Source: an uncultured virus (IMG/VR IMGVR_UViG_3300037245_003898) (taxonomy: Duplodnaviria > Heunggongvirae > Uroviricota > Caudoviricetes). From it: a stretch of 60,124 nucleotides of DNA. The notes beneath the pieces were generated by a model. The model was not told the DNA's origin and searched no databases. It saw only the letters and a program-made list of their open reading frames with translations. The translations under genes and the position numbers were made by a program. The stretch lies in IMG/VR virus record IMGVR_UViG_3300037245_003898; one strand, given 5' to 3'. Below are positions 18,242 through 27,798 of the stretch, in pieces (the first letter of the stretch is position 1; every line of letters starts with the position of its first letter).

Positions 18242-18631
18242 CTACTTCTTGGCTCTTTTTACTTGCTGGAGATATCGCCGATAAGAATCATCTGAGCGCT
18301 TACGTTTAGATGTCTTCTTGCCCCTTTGAATTCGGGCCTGAACCTCGGCAGGACTGGCGGTTTGACGTTTCGGGACGGTAGGAGCATTAGAGTGGCCATC
18401 GCCCGGCCCAACTTTGTGGCGAACTCCATTCTGATCTCTCCAATATTTGGCGAGCAAGCAATCATTGTATTGGTTCATTTGCTTACCTTTCATAATGAAA
18501 GCCCCGCCTCCTGAGATTAGACGCTCAATGGAGCTACCGCAGTCGGAACAAACTGTAAGCGCATCTTCTTTGATGCCATGGAAGATTTCGATGACGCCAC
18601 ACTTGTCACAATTGTATTCGTAGGTAGGCAT
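18242..18631 (-). CDS. FmdB-family zinc-ribbon protein
   Basis: MPTYEYNCDKCG...CSDCGS..ERLISGGGAFIMKG. Confidence 0.85.
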   Translation of the reverse strand: MPTYEYNCDKCGVIEIFHGIKEDALTVCSDCGSSIERLISGGGAFIMKGKQMNQYNDCLLAKYWRDQNGVRHKVGPGDGHSNAPTVPKRQTASPAEVQARIQRGKKTSKRKRSDDSYRRYLQQVKRAKK

Positions 18632-19455
18632 TAGTCAAAATTTAGGGACTGAAACCTGATAGAGGTATCGTAGTCCACATCCTCTGCCGATGCTGATCGA
18701 CAGCCATACTTATTATAGCTTTCAATCATTATATCAGCTTTGTCCTCAGCGGCTTTTATAGCGATGGAGACAAGAGCTTCTGCGTGTCGGTTCAAAAAAT
18801 CCTGGTACTGGTATCGGTCGTAATCCTCTTCCCATGGAATTACTGGCAGACTCTTCGCTGTCTTTAATTTGATGAAAACCTCAGCCATCTCCTGTTTAGA
18901 AGACAAAACATCATTCAAACAGAACTGTAAAAAATGCCTTCGGATGATAACGTCATCTGTCATCCCCTCTTGGCGGTAAAAGTCAATACAATGAGTGTAG
19001 ACAAACTCTTCTTCCGCATATTCGTATTTCTGTGTAGCTCTTCCCATAGAGCTGGAGACTGCATGCAAAACTTCATGAACCAAAATGTCCACCATCGCTA
19101 ATCGAGTCCAAGTCGCATTTAGAAGAGCGTTACTAAATTTACCTTTTCCAGTTTCCCTTTTGTCCAAGGATCCCTGATTCAAAACGAAGATGATTTTCAG
19201 GGCATCAATGTAACAGCCGCCTATGTTGTCAAAGTCCACAGCTTTCAGCGCATTCAGAGATGTCTGATAGATTTTGACATGTGACAAATCTATAGTAGGG
19301 AACTTTTCGTCCACATAATTTACAATCGAAGGGAAGTGCGATAGCGGAATCTCAACCGTTTCTCTGTGCCGGATTACCTTCTGGGCCTTCGACCTCATTT
19401 CCTTCAGTCGCTGCTCTCGGGCTAGTGATATAAGATCCCATGGTATCATCCGCAT
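18631..19455 (-). CDS. putative HEXXH zinc metalloprotein
   Basis: ILVHEVLHAV followed by EEEF; start codon uncertain because of overlap with the upstream ORF. Confidence 0.6.
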   Translation of the reverse strand: MRMIPWDLISLAREQRLKEMRSKAQKVIRHRETVEIPLSHFPSIVNYVDEKFPTIDLSHVKIYQTSLNALKAVDFDNIGGCYIDALKIIFVLNQGSLDKRETGKGKFSNALLNATWTRLAMVDILVHEVLHAVSSSMGRATQKYEYAEEEFVYTHCIDFYRQEGMTDDVIIRRHFLQFCLNDVLSSKQEMAEVFIKLKTAKSLPVIPWEEDYDRYQYQDFLNRHAEALVSIAIKAAEDKADIMIESYNKYGCRSASAEDVDYDTSIRFQSLNFD

Positions 19456-19675
19456 CTCCAGACAAATATCCGTTGCATTGCACGACTTGACAAACAGAGT
19501 TATTCACCACCCACAAACGCCAATTAACCTGACTTCCTAGCGCACTGATCGACTGTTTGCGGATTGGGTTATCACAATCGGGCTGAACACAGTTATTACA
19601 AAGTGGCTCTTTTACCCCCCTGGGCTCTACGATCAGTTTATCTATCGGGACCAACTTGCAGTCAAAAGCAGCCAT
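19352..19675 (-). CDS. hypothetical Cys-containing protein
   Basis: CNNCVQPDC...QCNGY; TAATG coupling with the upstream gene. Confidence 0.6.
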   Translation of the reverse strand: MAAFDCKLVPIDKLIVEPRGVKEPLCNNCVQPDCDNPIRKQSISALGSQVNWRLWVVNNSVCQVVQCNGYLSGDADDTMGSYITSPRAATEGNEVEGPEGNPAQRNG

Positions 19676-20319
19676 TAGAGAATATCACCTGCTCCCACCC
19701 GTTTGACTCTTTCCCCAATAGGCCCTTTTTTGACATACTGAGGAGGAGGAACTTCTTCTCTATCCTTGGCATCCTTCTTCCATTGAGGAATATACTCCCC
19801 ATCCACGTCATCAAGTTTCCAGGGCTTAGGAGTATCAGGGGCCTCTGCGGTGGCAGTAGAAGGGTCTACTCCTGAACGCATTTCCGCTGTTCCCACCGAT
19901 CCGTCCCAAGTGTTATCTTTCGGAGGGGAAAAGGACTGGACTGGGAGAGTATTGTCGTCATAGTTTCGCATGGACTCTTTGACTTGAGAATGAGCCGCAG
20001 TCCCCTGTGCCCCTCGATGATCAGTAACATTCGGATGGCGCAATCCTCTACCTGGTCGCCCTCCAGAGCTAATACGGGCTTTGCTTGAAATCTGCCGTTT
20101 ACCAGTGATATCCAGATACCATTCATAAAGCCCTTCGACCATCGCTGCATCGACAGTCACAATCGGCTGCTCGGCTTGAACCTGGTCCCCAGTTTGCAAC
20201 TGCCATTGAATATAACAGCGTTCACCATGCTGAGTTACGGTGCAATCGTAAACCTCTCCATCAGGGCTTTGGTATTCGCCCTCATATTTATGAAGTGTCG
20301 TTTTTCTCTTGAGTGACAT
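19675..20319 (-). CDS. hypothetical protein
   Basis: 214-aa ORF, coupled junctions. Confidence 0.75.
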   Translation of the reverse strand: MSLKRKTTLHKYEGEYQSPDGEVYDCTVTQHGERCYIQWQLQTGDQVQAEQPIVTVDAAMVEGLYEWYLDITGKRQISSKARISSGGRPGRGLRHPNVTDHRGAQGTAAHSQVKESMRNYDDNTLPVQSFSPPKDNTWDGSVGTAEMRSGVDPSTATAEAPDTPKPWKLDDVDGEYIPQWKKDAKDREEVPPPQYVKKGPIGERVKRVGAGDIL

Positions 20320-20747
20320 TAGTCTTCTTCCTCTAACTTGGTAAATGCCTTTTTGAATCTATCGATTTCTTCCTTCTCGTGGACGACGAGAACTTCGCTA
20401 TAAACAACCCCTGCTCTAAAAAGCCTGAGCCAGAAAGTAAAACCAGTAGGATTAGCAACCAAATCTTTGTGAACCTGAAGACTCCAACCCTTGTCTTTAC
20501 ACCAGTCTCTAAGCTCAATGATATCATCTTCAGGAACTTCCATAATAGGAGGGTGATCTGTCTCCATAATGATGACTCGACCATCCCACCAAAAATGTAG
20601 CAGATAACGGGCCATCACTGGGCCTGCATCCACAATAGTCTCACTACGAAGCATCCATTCAATACCGCCATCTATCCTCATAAGTTCCTTGACAGCATCA
20701 TAGGAGCCGTCAGCTTCTATTAACGTTCTATCAGAAAATTCAATCAT
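20319..20747 (-). CDS. hypothetical protein
   Basis: 142-aa ORF, coupled junctions. Confidence 0.75.
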   Translation of the reverse strand: MIEFSDRTLIEADGSYDAVKELMRIDGGIEWMLRSETIVDAGPVMARYLLHFWWDGRVIIMETDHPPIMEVPEDDIIELRDWCKDKGWSLQVHKDLVANPTGFTFWLRLFRAGVVYSEVLVVHEKEEIDRFKKAFTKLEEED

Positions 20748-21528
20748 CTAAAGCCTCTGGCATCACTACTCCACGAGTAACAGCCTGGTCTAAAGCATGT
20801 TCCCTTTTCCATTCCTCTGGAGACATTTTCATGCGCGGATCTTCGTCAACCACTGAACGCCATGTCTTTGCTATCTTTCCCATGTCTTCCGCGAATTGAT
20901 AAGGAATATGCTCCTTTGCTTTGTCGTTCTCACACCTCATTACATATGACGGATGATACGTCGCCATAGACCATACTTGGAGTGCAGACAAAAATTTCCA
21001 CGTCCCTCGATTAGCAGTGATACCCCGCTCACCTCGGATGAAATCCAGCGCTTGACCGCCCAATGTCACCAAAACTTTGGGACGCAGAAGGGCTATCTCT
21101 CGTCGAAGCCAATTCTTAGAACACCAATGAACAACATCCCGAGCCTGAACCTGTTTGGTACCTTCCTGCTTATAAATCTCATATGGCCCAGCCGAATCCC
21201 TTGGAAATACATTGTTCAAAGGACGACAAACGAGTACGTTACTAATTATGGAATTCCTCCTGGTAAAAGCCGCATGTTTGCGAAGTTCTTGACGAAGCCG
21301 CTGACCCGCTCGACCGATAAAGGGGCGAACCTGTTCCGTTTCATCTTTACCCAAAGCTTCACCTACAAACATAAAGGTCGGATCAACAGCATTTCCTTCA
21401 CTTTGACCTACCTGCTTGTAGTGCTTGTGGATTGAGCATTTACGGCAAGCATCTTTCTTCGTCGCGAACTTCTTGTATTGATCGGAAATACAAGTAAAGT
21501 TCCGTACTAAAACAGCTTCCAATTCCAT
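20740..21528 (-). CDS. uracil-DNA glycosylase family 4 (Fe-S, SPO1-type)
   Basis: CRKC, MFVGEALGKDE...RPFIGRAGQRL, SNVLVCRP, VTLGG, TYHPSY. Confidence 0.9.
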   Translation of the reverse strand: MELEAVLVRNFTCISDQYKKFATKKDACRKCSIHKHYKQVGQSEGNAVDPTFMFVGEALGKDETEQVRPFIGRAGQRLRQELRKHAAFTRRNSIISNVLVCRPLNNVFPRDSAGPYEIYKQEGTKQVQARDVVHWCSKNWLRREIALLRPKVLVTLGGQALDFIRGERGITANRGTWKFLSALQVWSMATYHPSYVMRCENDKAKEHIPYQFAEDMGKIAKTWRSVVDEDPRMKMSPEEWKREHALDQAVTRGVVMPEALDD

Positions 21529-21545
21529 GGATACGCTCCAAATCT

Positions 21546-21552
21546 ATTATAC
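21546..21552 (-). promoter_or_regulatory. GTATAAT -10-type promoter upstream of UDG
   Basis: Intergenic TTGTATAATA, then GGAG RBS and ATG at 21528. Confidence 0.6.
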
Positions 21553-21559
21553 AACACGC

Positions 21560-22426
21560 CTAACCTCGTTCATCGTAGTTCCAGACGAAGTATTCACTCA
21601 CGGGATCTCTCTTCTTCTTAGTCGAGGTGCCCGTTTTGGAATGATGCGTAATAGCATCGATATACCGTCTGACTTTCTCGGACTTCTGACGAAACCCTTC
21701 ACAATGAGATCTAATAAAATCGCAATCGTTGTTGGTCATAAGGAAGTGAACACCCTGAGAATCGAGTTTACGCAGGAACCCCATCAGACTCTTGTGATCT
21801 TTTTCCTTCCATCCATCCGCCGTATACCCTGTGAAATTGGCCGTCTTCGATAATGGATAATAAGGAGGGTCCAAGAACACAAAGTCACCTGCCTTCGGTG
21901 ATATCTCGTCGTAATCTGTCGTTAGGAGGTCTGCCTTGCGCAGTAACTCTGAACAACGCTTTAAGTTGTTAGATGCCAAACCAGAGCTTTGCCCAGGATC
22001 GAAAGGAACGTTGAAAACTCCCTTCTTGTTCGTTCTCCACATTCCACCATAAGCTCTACGATTTAGATATATAAACGCAGCAGCAGCATCCACACCAGGA
22101 GCGATCTTTTGGGCTGTTTTTTCTCGCAATTCCTTAAAGAGAGCCTCACCATCAGTGTGGCAGCCAAATTCGGCAAGCTGTCGCTTAAGCGGTCTCAGAT
22201 GATAAGCTACAACCCAGTGGCAGTTCATAAGCCAGTCATTCTGATCGGACAGATAGTATTTACGTTCTATCTCCAAATCATCATCATCGAGGGCTATGTG
22301 GAAAAAGACTGCCCCACTCCCCAGAAACGGCTCGTAATAGTCTCCGAACTGTTTCGGGAATAGAGGTCGCAATAAATGGAGAAGCTTCCTTTTGTTGCCT
22401 ACCCACTTCAGATAAGTCAGAGTCAT
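21560..22426 (-). CDS. Dam-like (D12 class) DNA adenine methyltransferase
   Basis: LKWVGNKR, YYEPFLGSGAVF, FIYLNR.AYGGMWRTNKKGVFNVPF, FLDPPY. Start placed at the TGATG junction with a GGAGG RBS. Confidence 0.93.
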   Translation of the reverse strand: MTLTYLKWVGNKRKLLHLLRPLFPKQFGDYYEPFLGSGAVFFHIALDDDDLEIERKYYLSDQNDWLMNCHWVVAYHLRPLKRQLAEFGCHTDGEALFKELREKTAQKIAPGVDAAAAFIYLNRRAYGGMWRTNKKGVFNVPFDPGQSSGLASNNLKRCSELLRKADLLTTDYDEISPKAGDFVFLDPPYYPLSKTANFTGYTADGWKEKDHKSLMGFLRKLDSQGVHFLMTNNDCDFIRSHCEGFRQKSEKVRRYIDAITHHSKTGTSTKKKRDPVSEYFVWNYDERG

Positions 22427-23232
22427 CAGACCCTCCAAGCGTAGCGCTTTACATGCTTGGAAGAGGTCTTCGCAAGAGTGTCAATTTCACTCATGGGAAC
22501 TAAATATCCTATCGTGGTATATGTCGGATTAGGCACAACGCGTGCCGAGTAACGTTTATAATTCTTCTTGATATAATCCAATAGAACTGTCTTGTCCATA
22601 ACATACATTACATACGCACTTATATTCATTTCATCCATAAATGCATCATGTTGCTCTCGCAAAACACTTAGACCCGCTGCATCTATTCCTTCTTTTGACA
22701 TACCCGCGCTGGCAGTTTGCTTCTTGATAACCGCTTCTTTGCCCTTAAACGAGCCACCTGGAGCAGTCACGCACCAATAGATAACCAGATGATCTAAATC
22801 TTTGATTCCCCAGCCATCACGTTTCTTAGGCAGACCTGACGACTCTCCTGAAACCAACCTGGACATAATAGTGTCTAAAACACACTTAGCCTCTTCCGCC
22901 TTGCCTGATTTATCATAACCGAATAGACGAGCAATATCACAATCAGGGAACCTCGACAAATCGCCACGTTCAACCTGGGAAGCAGGTTCGAAAAACACAT
23001 TATGAGTCGCATAGATTCGCTTGAGCGCCCACCAGTCGGTCTTCACATCCACAGAAAACTCCAAACCATTGACCACAAAAATCCGAAAATCATCTGGAGA
23101 TGGACCATCTGTTCTGTCCAATTCCACACGTATAATTTTCTGCATGTGCAACGCCATCGGAGATAAAGAAGCAAATTCTCCCTTGATGCCGTCCTGGTAG
23201 TCCGTTTGAAAGTTAGCTATCTTCTGTAGCAT
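22426..23232 (-). CDS. putative PD-(D/E)XK restriction-like nuclease
   Basis: KGE...PDDFRI...SVDVKTD...NVFFE pattern. Start reassigned to MLQKIA (GGAGG RBS). Coupled to the Dam-like gene. Confidence 0.5.
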   Translation of the reverse strand: MLQKIANFQTDYQDGIKGEFASLSPMALHMQKIIRVELDRTDGPSPDDFRIFVVNGLEFSVDVKTDWWALKRIYATHNVFFEPASQVERGDLSRFPDCDIARLFGYDKSGKAEEAKCVLDTIMSRLVSGESSGLPKKRDGWGIKDLDHLVIYWCVTAPGGSFKGKEAVIKKQTASAGMSKEGIDAAGLSVLREQHDAFMDEMNISAYVMYVMDKTVLLDYIKKNYKRYSARVVPNPTYTTIGYLVPMSEIDTLAKTSSKHVKRYAWRV

Positions 23233-23533
23233 CAGGGGCCTCCCAGGACATCGCCGACATGTCCAAAACATCCTTTGCCCATGGAATTATCTCAGCATCG
23301 TACATCTCACGGAACCTGATGACCGCCTCATCCAGAGTTTTGTATTGATGCGTTATAGTCGCCACGGAAACAGCCTTAGCTACCACCAAAGGGGTAGAAA
23401 ACCACAGAGAGTATTTCTTCGTGGTGGGTTTAAAAAAGATAGTGCCTAATACGATATCTCCGTGTTTTAGTTGCCACTTCCGCCCGGTAGTATCAGGCAT
23501 TGGCAAAACTTGCCATTTGATTTTACAGTCCAT
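23213..23533 (-). CDS. hypothetical protein
   Basis: 106 aa, AGGAG RBS. Confidence 0.7.
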   Translation of the reverse strand: MDCKIKWQVLPMPDTTGRKWQLKHGDIVLGTIFFKPTTKKYSLWFSTPLVVAKAVSVATITHQYKTLDEAVIRFREMYDAEIIPWAKDVLDMSAMSWEAPDATEDS

Positions 23534-24455
23534 AGCTCGCTCCTACCTTATACATTCCTGAAGCAAGAGCGTTCGTGAGTTTAACACGAGTAGCCTGCCA
23601 GAAATCGTCAATAGTAAAGTTTTGATCATATATTCGCCGAAAAATGTAATCCTCGGTTCTGTGAAATAGTTCTTTGGTATCCGAGATAAAATGACATAGC
23701 TCGATATCAACTCCCCCGCGAAGTCTGTCTATCAGCTCGGTGGCGTAGATATTTTGAGCGCGAGGCAACAAAGCGAATGGGATATCAGCTTCGTACAACC
23801 CAATATTGAAACACCCCTGTTCATCCAGAAAATAAGAATGACGACTGGCCCCGTAATCCACCAACTTGGATGCCTCCACGAACTCATCTTCAAATATTAT
23901 CCCCTTTTTTAAAGCCACAAATCCACAATTAATGGGGATTCGCTCTGAAGTCAGTATTTCGTTAGCATATAGGTTGCCGCAAACTTCTTCTGAGAAATAG
24001 GCACAACGATCTGCGATCAACACTACATCTAAGTTGGTCTCAAGCTGATCAATAAGAGATTGCGGCTTACTCAGACAAATAATATCCGTATCAACATGAA
24101 TTTCCGTTCGATCTTCATCGTAGCGAAATGGAATCCATTTCCACCAGACTCCTGTATCAGGCTTGAAGTGATACAGCATCTTGAATTCGTTAGCATCAAC
24201 GATATCCACCCGTTTCAACAGCGAAGGACGAGTTCGCTTGAATGCCTCCTTGAAGAACTCAAGGTTATCACCATTGTAGAAAACAACGAATCTACACTTC
24301 GGAAACCATCGTTGAAAACTCAGAATCGATGTTTTTGCCATTCTTAGAAAACGGACAAAACCGTCGGTGCTAAAATGAGACATCGATGATGTGTTCGAAT
24401 CACCAATTGCCCATCGAAACAGTATGTTTTTGATTTTGCTAATGTCTACAATCAT
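23523..24455 (-). CDS. GT-A fold glycosyltransferase-like protein
   Basis: IHVDTDIICL (DxD), INCGFV, DEQGCFN, LCHF, resembling GT8-like motifs. Confidence 0.6.
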   Translation of the reverse strand: MIVDISKIKNILFRWAIGDSNTSSMSHFSTDGFVRFLRMAKTSILSFQRWFPKCRFVVFYNGDNLEFFKEAFKRTRPSLLKRVDIVDANEFKMLYHFKPDTGVWWKWIPFRYDEDRTEIHVDTDIICLSKPQSLIDQLETNLDVVLIADRCAYFSEEVCGNLYANEILTSERIPINCGFVALKKGIIFEDEFVEASKLVDYGASRHSYFLDEQGCFNIGLYEADIPFALLPRAQNIYATELIDRLRGGVDIELCHFISDTKELFHRTEDYIFRRIYDQNFTIDDFWQATRVKLTNALASGMYKVGASYGL

Positions 24456-25462
24456 GTTTCAAATATATCCATAGTGCCTGGTCTACCAACGCGCTCTGCT
24501 AACCTCTTCTTCGCAGTTTCGTAGCTGGCTTCGTGATTCTCGTATCCCACGAATTTCCTTTTCAGGTACTTGCAAGCAACGCCAGTAGAACCCGTTCCTG
24601 CAAACGGGTCTAAGACATATACATCTTCGCCCAACTGAGATGGCTTAGGAGTGACCAGCCTAATAAGGTGCCGCATCAGCCATACAGGTTTTACAGTGTC
24701 ATGTACATTATACCGTCGCTTCTCGACCTTATTGGGCTTCGGAACCATAAAAATATGGTCATACTCTGCAAACAAAGGGTCTAACCAAAGAAGATTGCCG
24801 GGCCATCTGCCGTCTGGATGGACATTGGCCATCTTTTTGCCACCAGCATTGGCCGAGAAGTAGTTCTTATTTCCGTAGTCTGACTCAGCAAAATGCAAGA
24901 AACTTTCCAGTGCTTTTTTGTCATCATCAGATGCATAAGGGATGCGACAATCATCAATATTGAGTGCCCCAACTTTCCATTTGATCAGATTTTCGGCCAT
25001 CGTCCCTTCAGGTGGCTTCTGAGCCAGCACAATGGGTTCCCAGGATGTCTTCAAGTTATTAGCGAACCCCTTCCACTTCTTGCCTTCATCAGTATTGGGC
25101 TCATAGGGGTACTGCTGGTAATCAACATCCGCGCCAAGGAAACGATCAACGGCTTTGTCTGCATTGTGCGGACGAGGGTTCCCTGTGGCATACCCCCAAC
25201 ATAAACAGTCCTTGATAATGAAACCCGCATCCTCAAGTTGCAGAGCCATACGGTGATACAGGCGAGCGTGACCGAAGGACATAATAATTCCACCAGGGCG
25301 CAACACTTCAAAACATGCGTTCCAAATCTCCTGCGGGGGCAAAACCTTATCCCAACTATGCCCTAAAATCCCCATGGAATAAGGAGGGTCTGTGACCACC
25401 GCATGGATGGAATTGGGCTCGTTATCTTCGAGCAACTTCCGACTATCTTTGAAGTGTATCAT
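24452..25462 (-). CDS. DNA amino-methyltransferase, beta class
   Basis: VVTDPPY, GRWPGN, HDTVKPVWLM, LDPFAGTGSTG. Confidence 0.93.
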   Translation of the reverse strand: MIHFKDSRKLLEDNEPNSIHAVVTDPPYSMGILGHSWDKVLPPQEIWNACFEVLRPGGIIMSFGHARLYHRMALQLEDAGFIIKDCLCWGYATGNPRPHNADKAVDRFLGADVDYQQYPYEPNTDEGKKWKGFANNLKTSWEPIVLAQKPPEGTMAENLIKWKVGALNIDDCRIPYASDDDKKALESFLHFAESDYGNKNYFSANAGGKKMANVHPDGRWPGNLLWLDPLFAEYDHIFMVPKPNKVEKRRYNVHDTVKPVWLMRHLIRLVTPKPSQLGEDVYVLDPFAGTGSTGVACKYLKRKFVGYENHEASYETAKKRLAERVGRPGTMDIFET

Positions 25463-26580
25463 GCCTTTCCAATTAGCACATGTGGAAAATCATACGCAAT
25501 TCGCTCATAAGCCACATCACAGTATTTCTTACTGATATCCACGGAGACAGAATTACGGCCTGCTGTGATCGCTCCGATTGATGTACTTCCTATACCACCG
25601 AAGGGATCAAGAACCGTGTCACCACACTGAGAGTAAAGTTTGATTACCCTTCGAGCCAACTCGGGCGGGAATGGGCAAGGATGCTGGGCCACATTCTTTT
25701 TACCAACGCCAAATATCTTCTTAACAGGGCGTATCTTCCATACCCCTATTACACTCTCAACAAAATCTGTCTTTTGAATATCATCTTTACCCTGCTCACG
25801 ATCTCCTGGTTTCTGGAAAACAAAAACATATTCGAACAAATCTACTATCGATGGATTCTTCGAGCTACGATATGAGCCCCAGGCGTTAGTGCTTTCCTCT
25901 CGGCCTTTGTACCAAATATGGACTCCACGATACTTATACCCACGTTTCTTGCATAGCAGTTCGTGGAGCAAAACGACAACAGGATATCGCTCGCCTGTCC
26001 CCAGCCCTATATCTCGGATGTTTACAACAATCCTACATCCTTTGTTTAGAAGAGTATCACAAGAGCCAAAGCTCTCATCCAGGAACTCTTTGTATTTCTC
26101 GAAAGAAAGCTTATCATTCCATTCATCGTATTCAATATCCGCGTTATACGGAGGAGATGTAAATATTAAATCCACAGTACGACGATCCCGCCTTACCTCG
26201 ACCGGACCTCTCTTGGCTTTTATACGATGCAGCACCTTGGCTTCACGGATATCCCCAGCTACAAACAAATGTGTCGATTTATCCTTCTCTTTGCCGTTGG
26301 CTTTATTGAACTTTTTTACTTCTGATTCATACTCATCGTTAAGCTCATCCTCTATTTCCTTGGATTCCATCAACTGATTGGCCTGATTCAGAAACAACTC
26401 TCGACCATTAGCCTCTTTTATAGCCCTGAACGAGTTAAGAGCCTGCTGAATATCATCATCGGTAAGCTTTGATGGTTTAGGTTTCGGCTTAGCCCGCTTG
26501 GTTTTCTGGTGCCCAAACTTAGTTGTCGAGACAGGCTCCCATTCGCTATCGTTATGCGGCATAAACTTGTCCTCCAACAA
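25459..26580 (-). CDS. DNA N4-cytosine (SPPY) methyltransferase, beta class, with N-terminal extension
   Basis: IFTSPPYN, HPCPFPPEL, LDPFGGIGST. Confidence 0.9.
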   Translation of the reverse strand: MLEDKFMPHNDSEWEPVSTTKFGHQKTKRAKPKPKPSKLTDDDIQQALNSFRAIKEANGRELFLNQANQLMESKEIEDELNDEYESEVKKFNKANGKEKDKSTHLFVAGDIREAKVLHRIKAKRGPVEVRRDRRTVDLIFTSPPYNADIEYDEWNDKLSFEKYKEFLDESFGSCDTLLNKGCRIVVNIRDIGLGTGERYPVVVLLHELLCKKRGYKYRGVHIWYKGREESTNAWGSYRSSKNPSIVDLFEYVFVFQKPGDREQGKDDIQKTDFVESVIGVWKIRPVKKIFGVGKKNVAQHPCPFPPELARRVIKLYSQCGDTVLDPFGGIGSTSIGAITAGRNSVSVDISKKYCDVAYERIAYDFPHVLIGKA

Positions 26581-27187
26581 GCGGAATTATCTGTTCAATT
26601 AACACAGGATGAAAAGCATCGCCAGGTGGTCTCGGAGCAATAAGCTCTATTACTCCCGCTCCTTGCTTCTTGGCTTTGCGTTCCAGTTCATAACGCAAAG
26701 AAACTGTACCCTCATGGCCAACCGCAAGCATATACATCGTGCCATCCCATCTTTTGTAGTACAAATCCACTCTCCCCTTCCCTATATCAGCCTCGATGTC
26801 TTGATAAATAACCGCCTGATAATCAAGACAGATGATGTCCGCCGCCACTTTATATTCCCGCAGGTTTCCTGTCCAAATTTGTCGGGCCTTAGCAGCGAGC
26901 GCTTCTTCAGCGGTAGGTGGACGCCCAAGACGAGGGATGGTGTATTGCTCATGGCCAGAGACCTTACCATCGTGCTTGTTTATCTCTGCCATAAACTCAG
27001 GCATACCGGGGATCACCCCTGCTTGTCTAATCATCTGGGATAGCAACGGAGCCGCAGGAGGATCAAGTCTGTAATTCTCCTTCGAAATAGCAAACATCTT
27101 GTAGTCAAAGCGATATGTATCTATCACAATATTTAGGCTAGGCATATACGCTTTGATCAATAGCCTTGGTAATTCTTGCAAACTCAT
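26552..27187 (-). CDS. putative restriction-endonuclease-like (TaqI-like) protein
   Basis: KARQIWTGNLREY...DIEADIGKGRVDL pattern; overlaps the N4C MTase start. Weak recognition. Confidence 0.4.
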   Translation of the reverse strand: MSLQELPRLLIKAYMPSLNIVIDTYRFDYKMFAISKENYRLDPPAAPLLSQMIRQAGVIPGMPEFMAEINKHDGKVSGHEQYTIPRLGRPPTAEEALAAKARQIWTGNLREYKVAADIICLDYQAVIYQDIEADIGKGRVDLYYKRWDGTMYMLAVGHEGTVSLRYELERKAKKQGAGVIELIAPRPPGDAFHPVLIEQIIPLVGGQVYAA

Positions 27188-27798
27188 TCTGTTTCCTGGT
27201 ATTGTTGTTCAAGAGCTTTTCTATGTAACCGAGAAAATTTGTCTCGTCGTAATCGCAGTATTGAAGAGAGTATCTCAAAGCACGCATCAACAGCTTCAAA
27301 ATTCAAATTCAAAATAAAACTGTCCAATGTCTCATAGAACTTATCTACTATCGTCACCTCAGATTCCGCCAGGTCAACGCTTTCGAGGTAATAACGACAG
27401 CGCGTCCCTATCGTTAATAGCTTCTGAGCCATATCTGCCGTAGACCCGCCGTGCGAAAGTCGCTTATCTAATAGGTCTATCTGGAGACGGACATCCTCTT
27501 CTAATGAAACCTCCAGCCCTTCGCCCAGGATCTCCACTGCTTCGCGATAAGGAACTTCTTCCAAAGCCGCTACCAAATGAACAATACTATAACCTCGTTG
27601 GCAGCCAAAGCAGTGGAAGTTTTCAAACTCAGCGTTCGTCCAAACCATGAAGCTCGGTTTGGTTTCCTTGTGATCCACAAACGGGCATAGATAGCTAAAG
27701 CGACCACCTGACAGTTGCCTGACAGGCTTATGCCCTTTCCTCTCTAGGTAATCGACGATGGATTTCGTCTTCAGGATTTGATAGACGAGCGAATCCAT
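27184..27798 (-). CDS. DnaG-type CHC2 zinc-binding domain protein (primase N-terminal part)
   Basis: SIVDYL...CPFVDHKETKPSFMV...FHCFGCQRGYSIVHLVAALEEVPYREAVEIL, then a helical C-terminus with no TOPRIM. Confidence 0.85.
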   Translation of the reverse strand: MDSLVYQILKTKSIVDYLERKGHKPVRQLSGGRFSYLCPFVDHKETKPSFMVWTNAEFENFHCFGCQRGYSIVHLVAALEEVPYREAVEILGEGLEVSLEEDVRLQIDLLDKRLSHGGSTADMAQKLLTIGTRCRYYLESVDLAESEVTIVDKFYETLDSFILNLNFEAVDACFEILSSILRLRRDKFSRLHRKALEQQYQETE

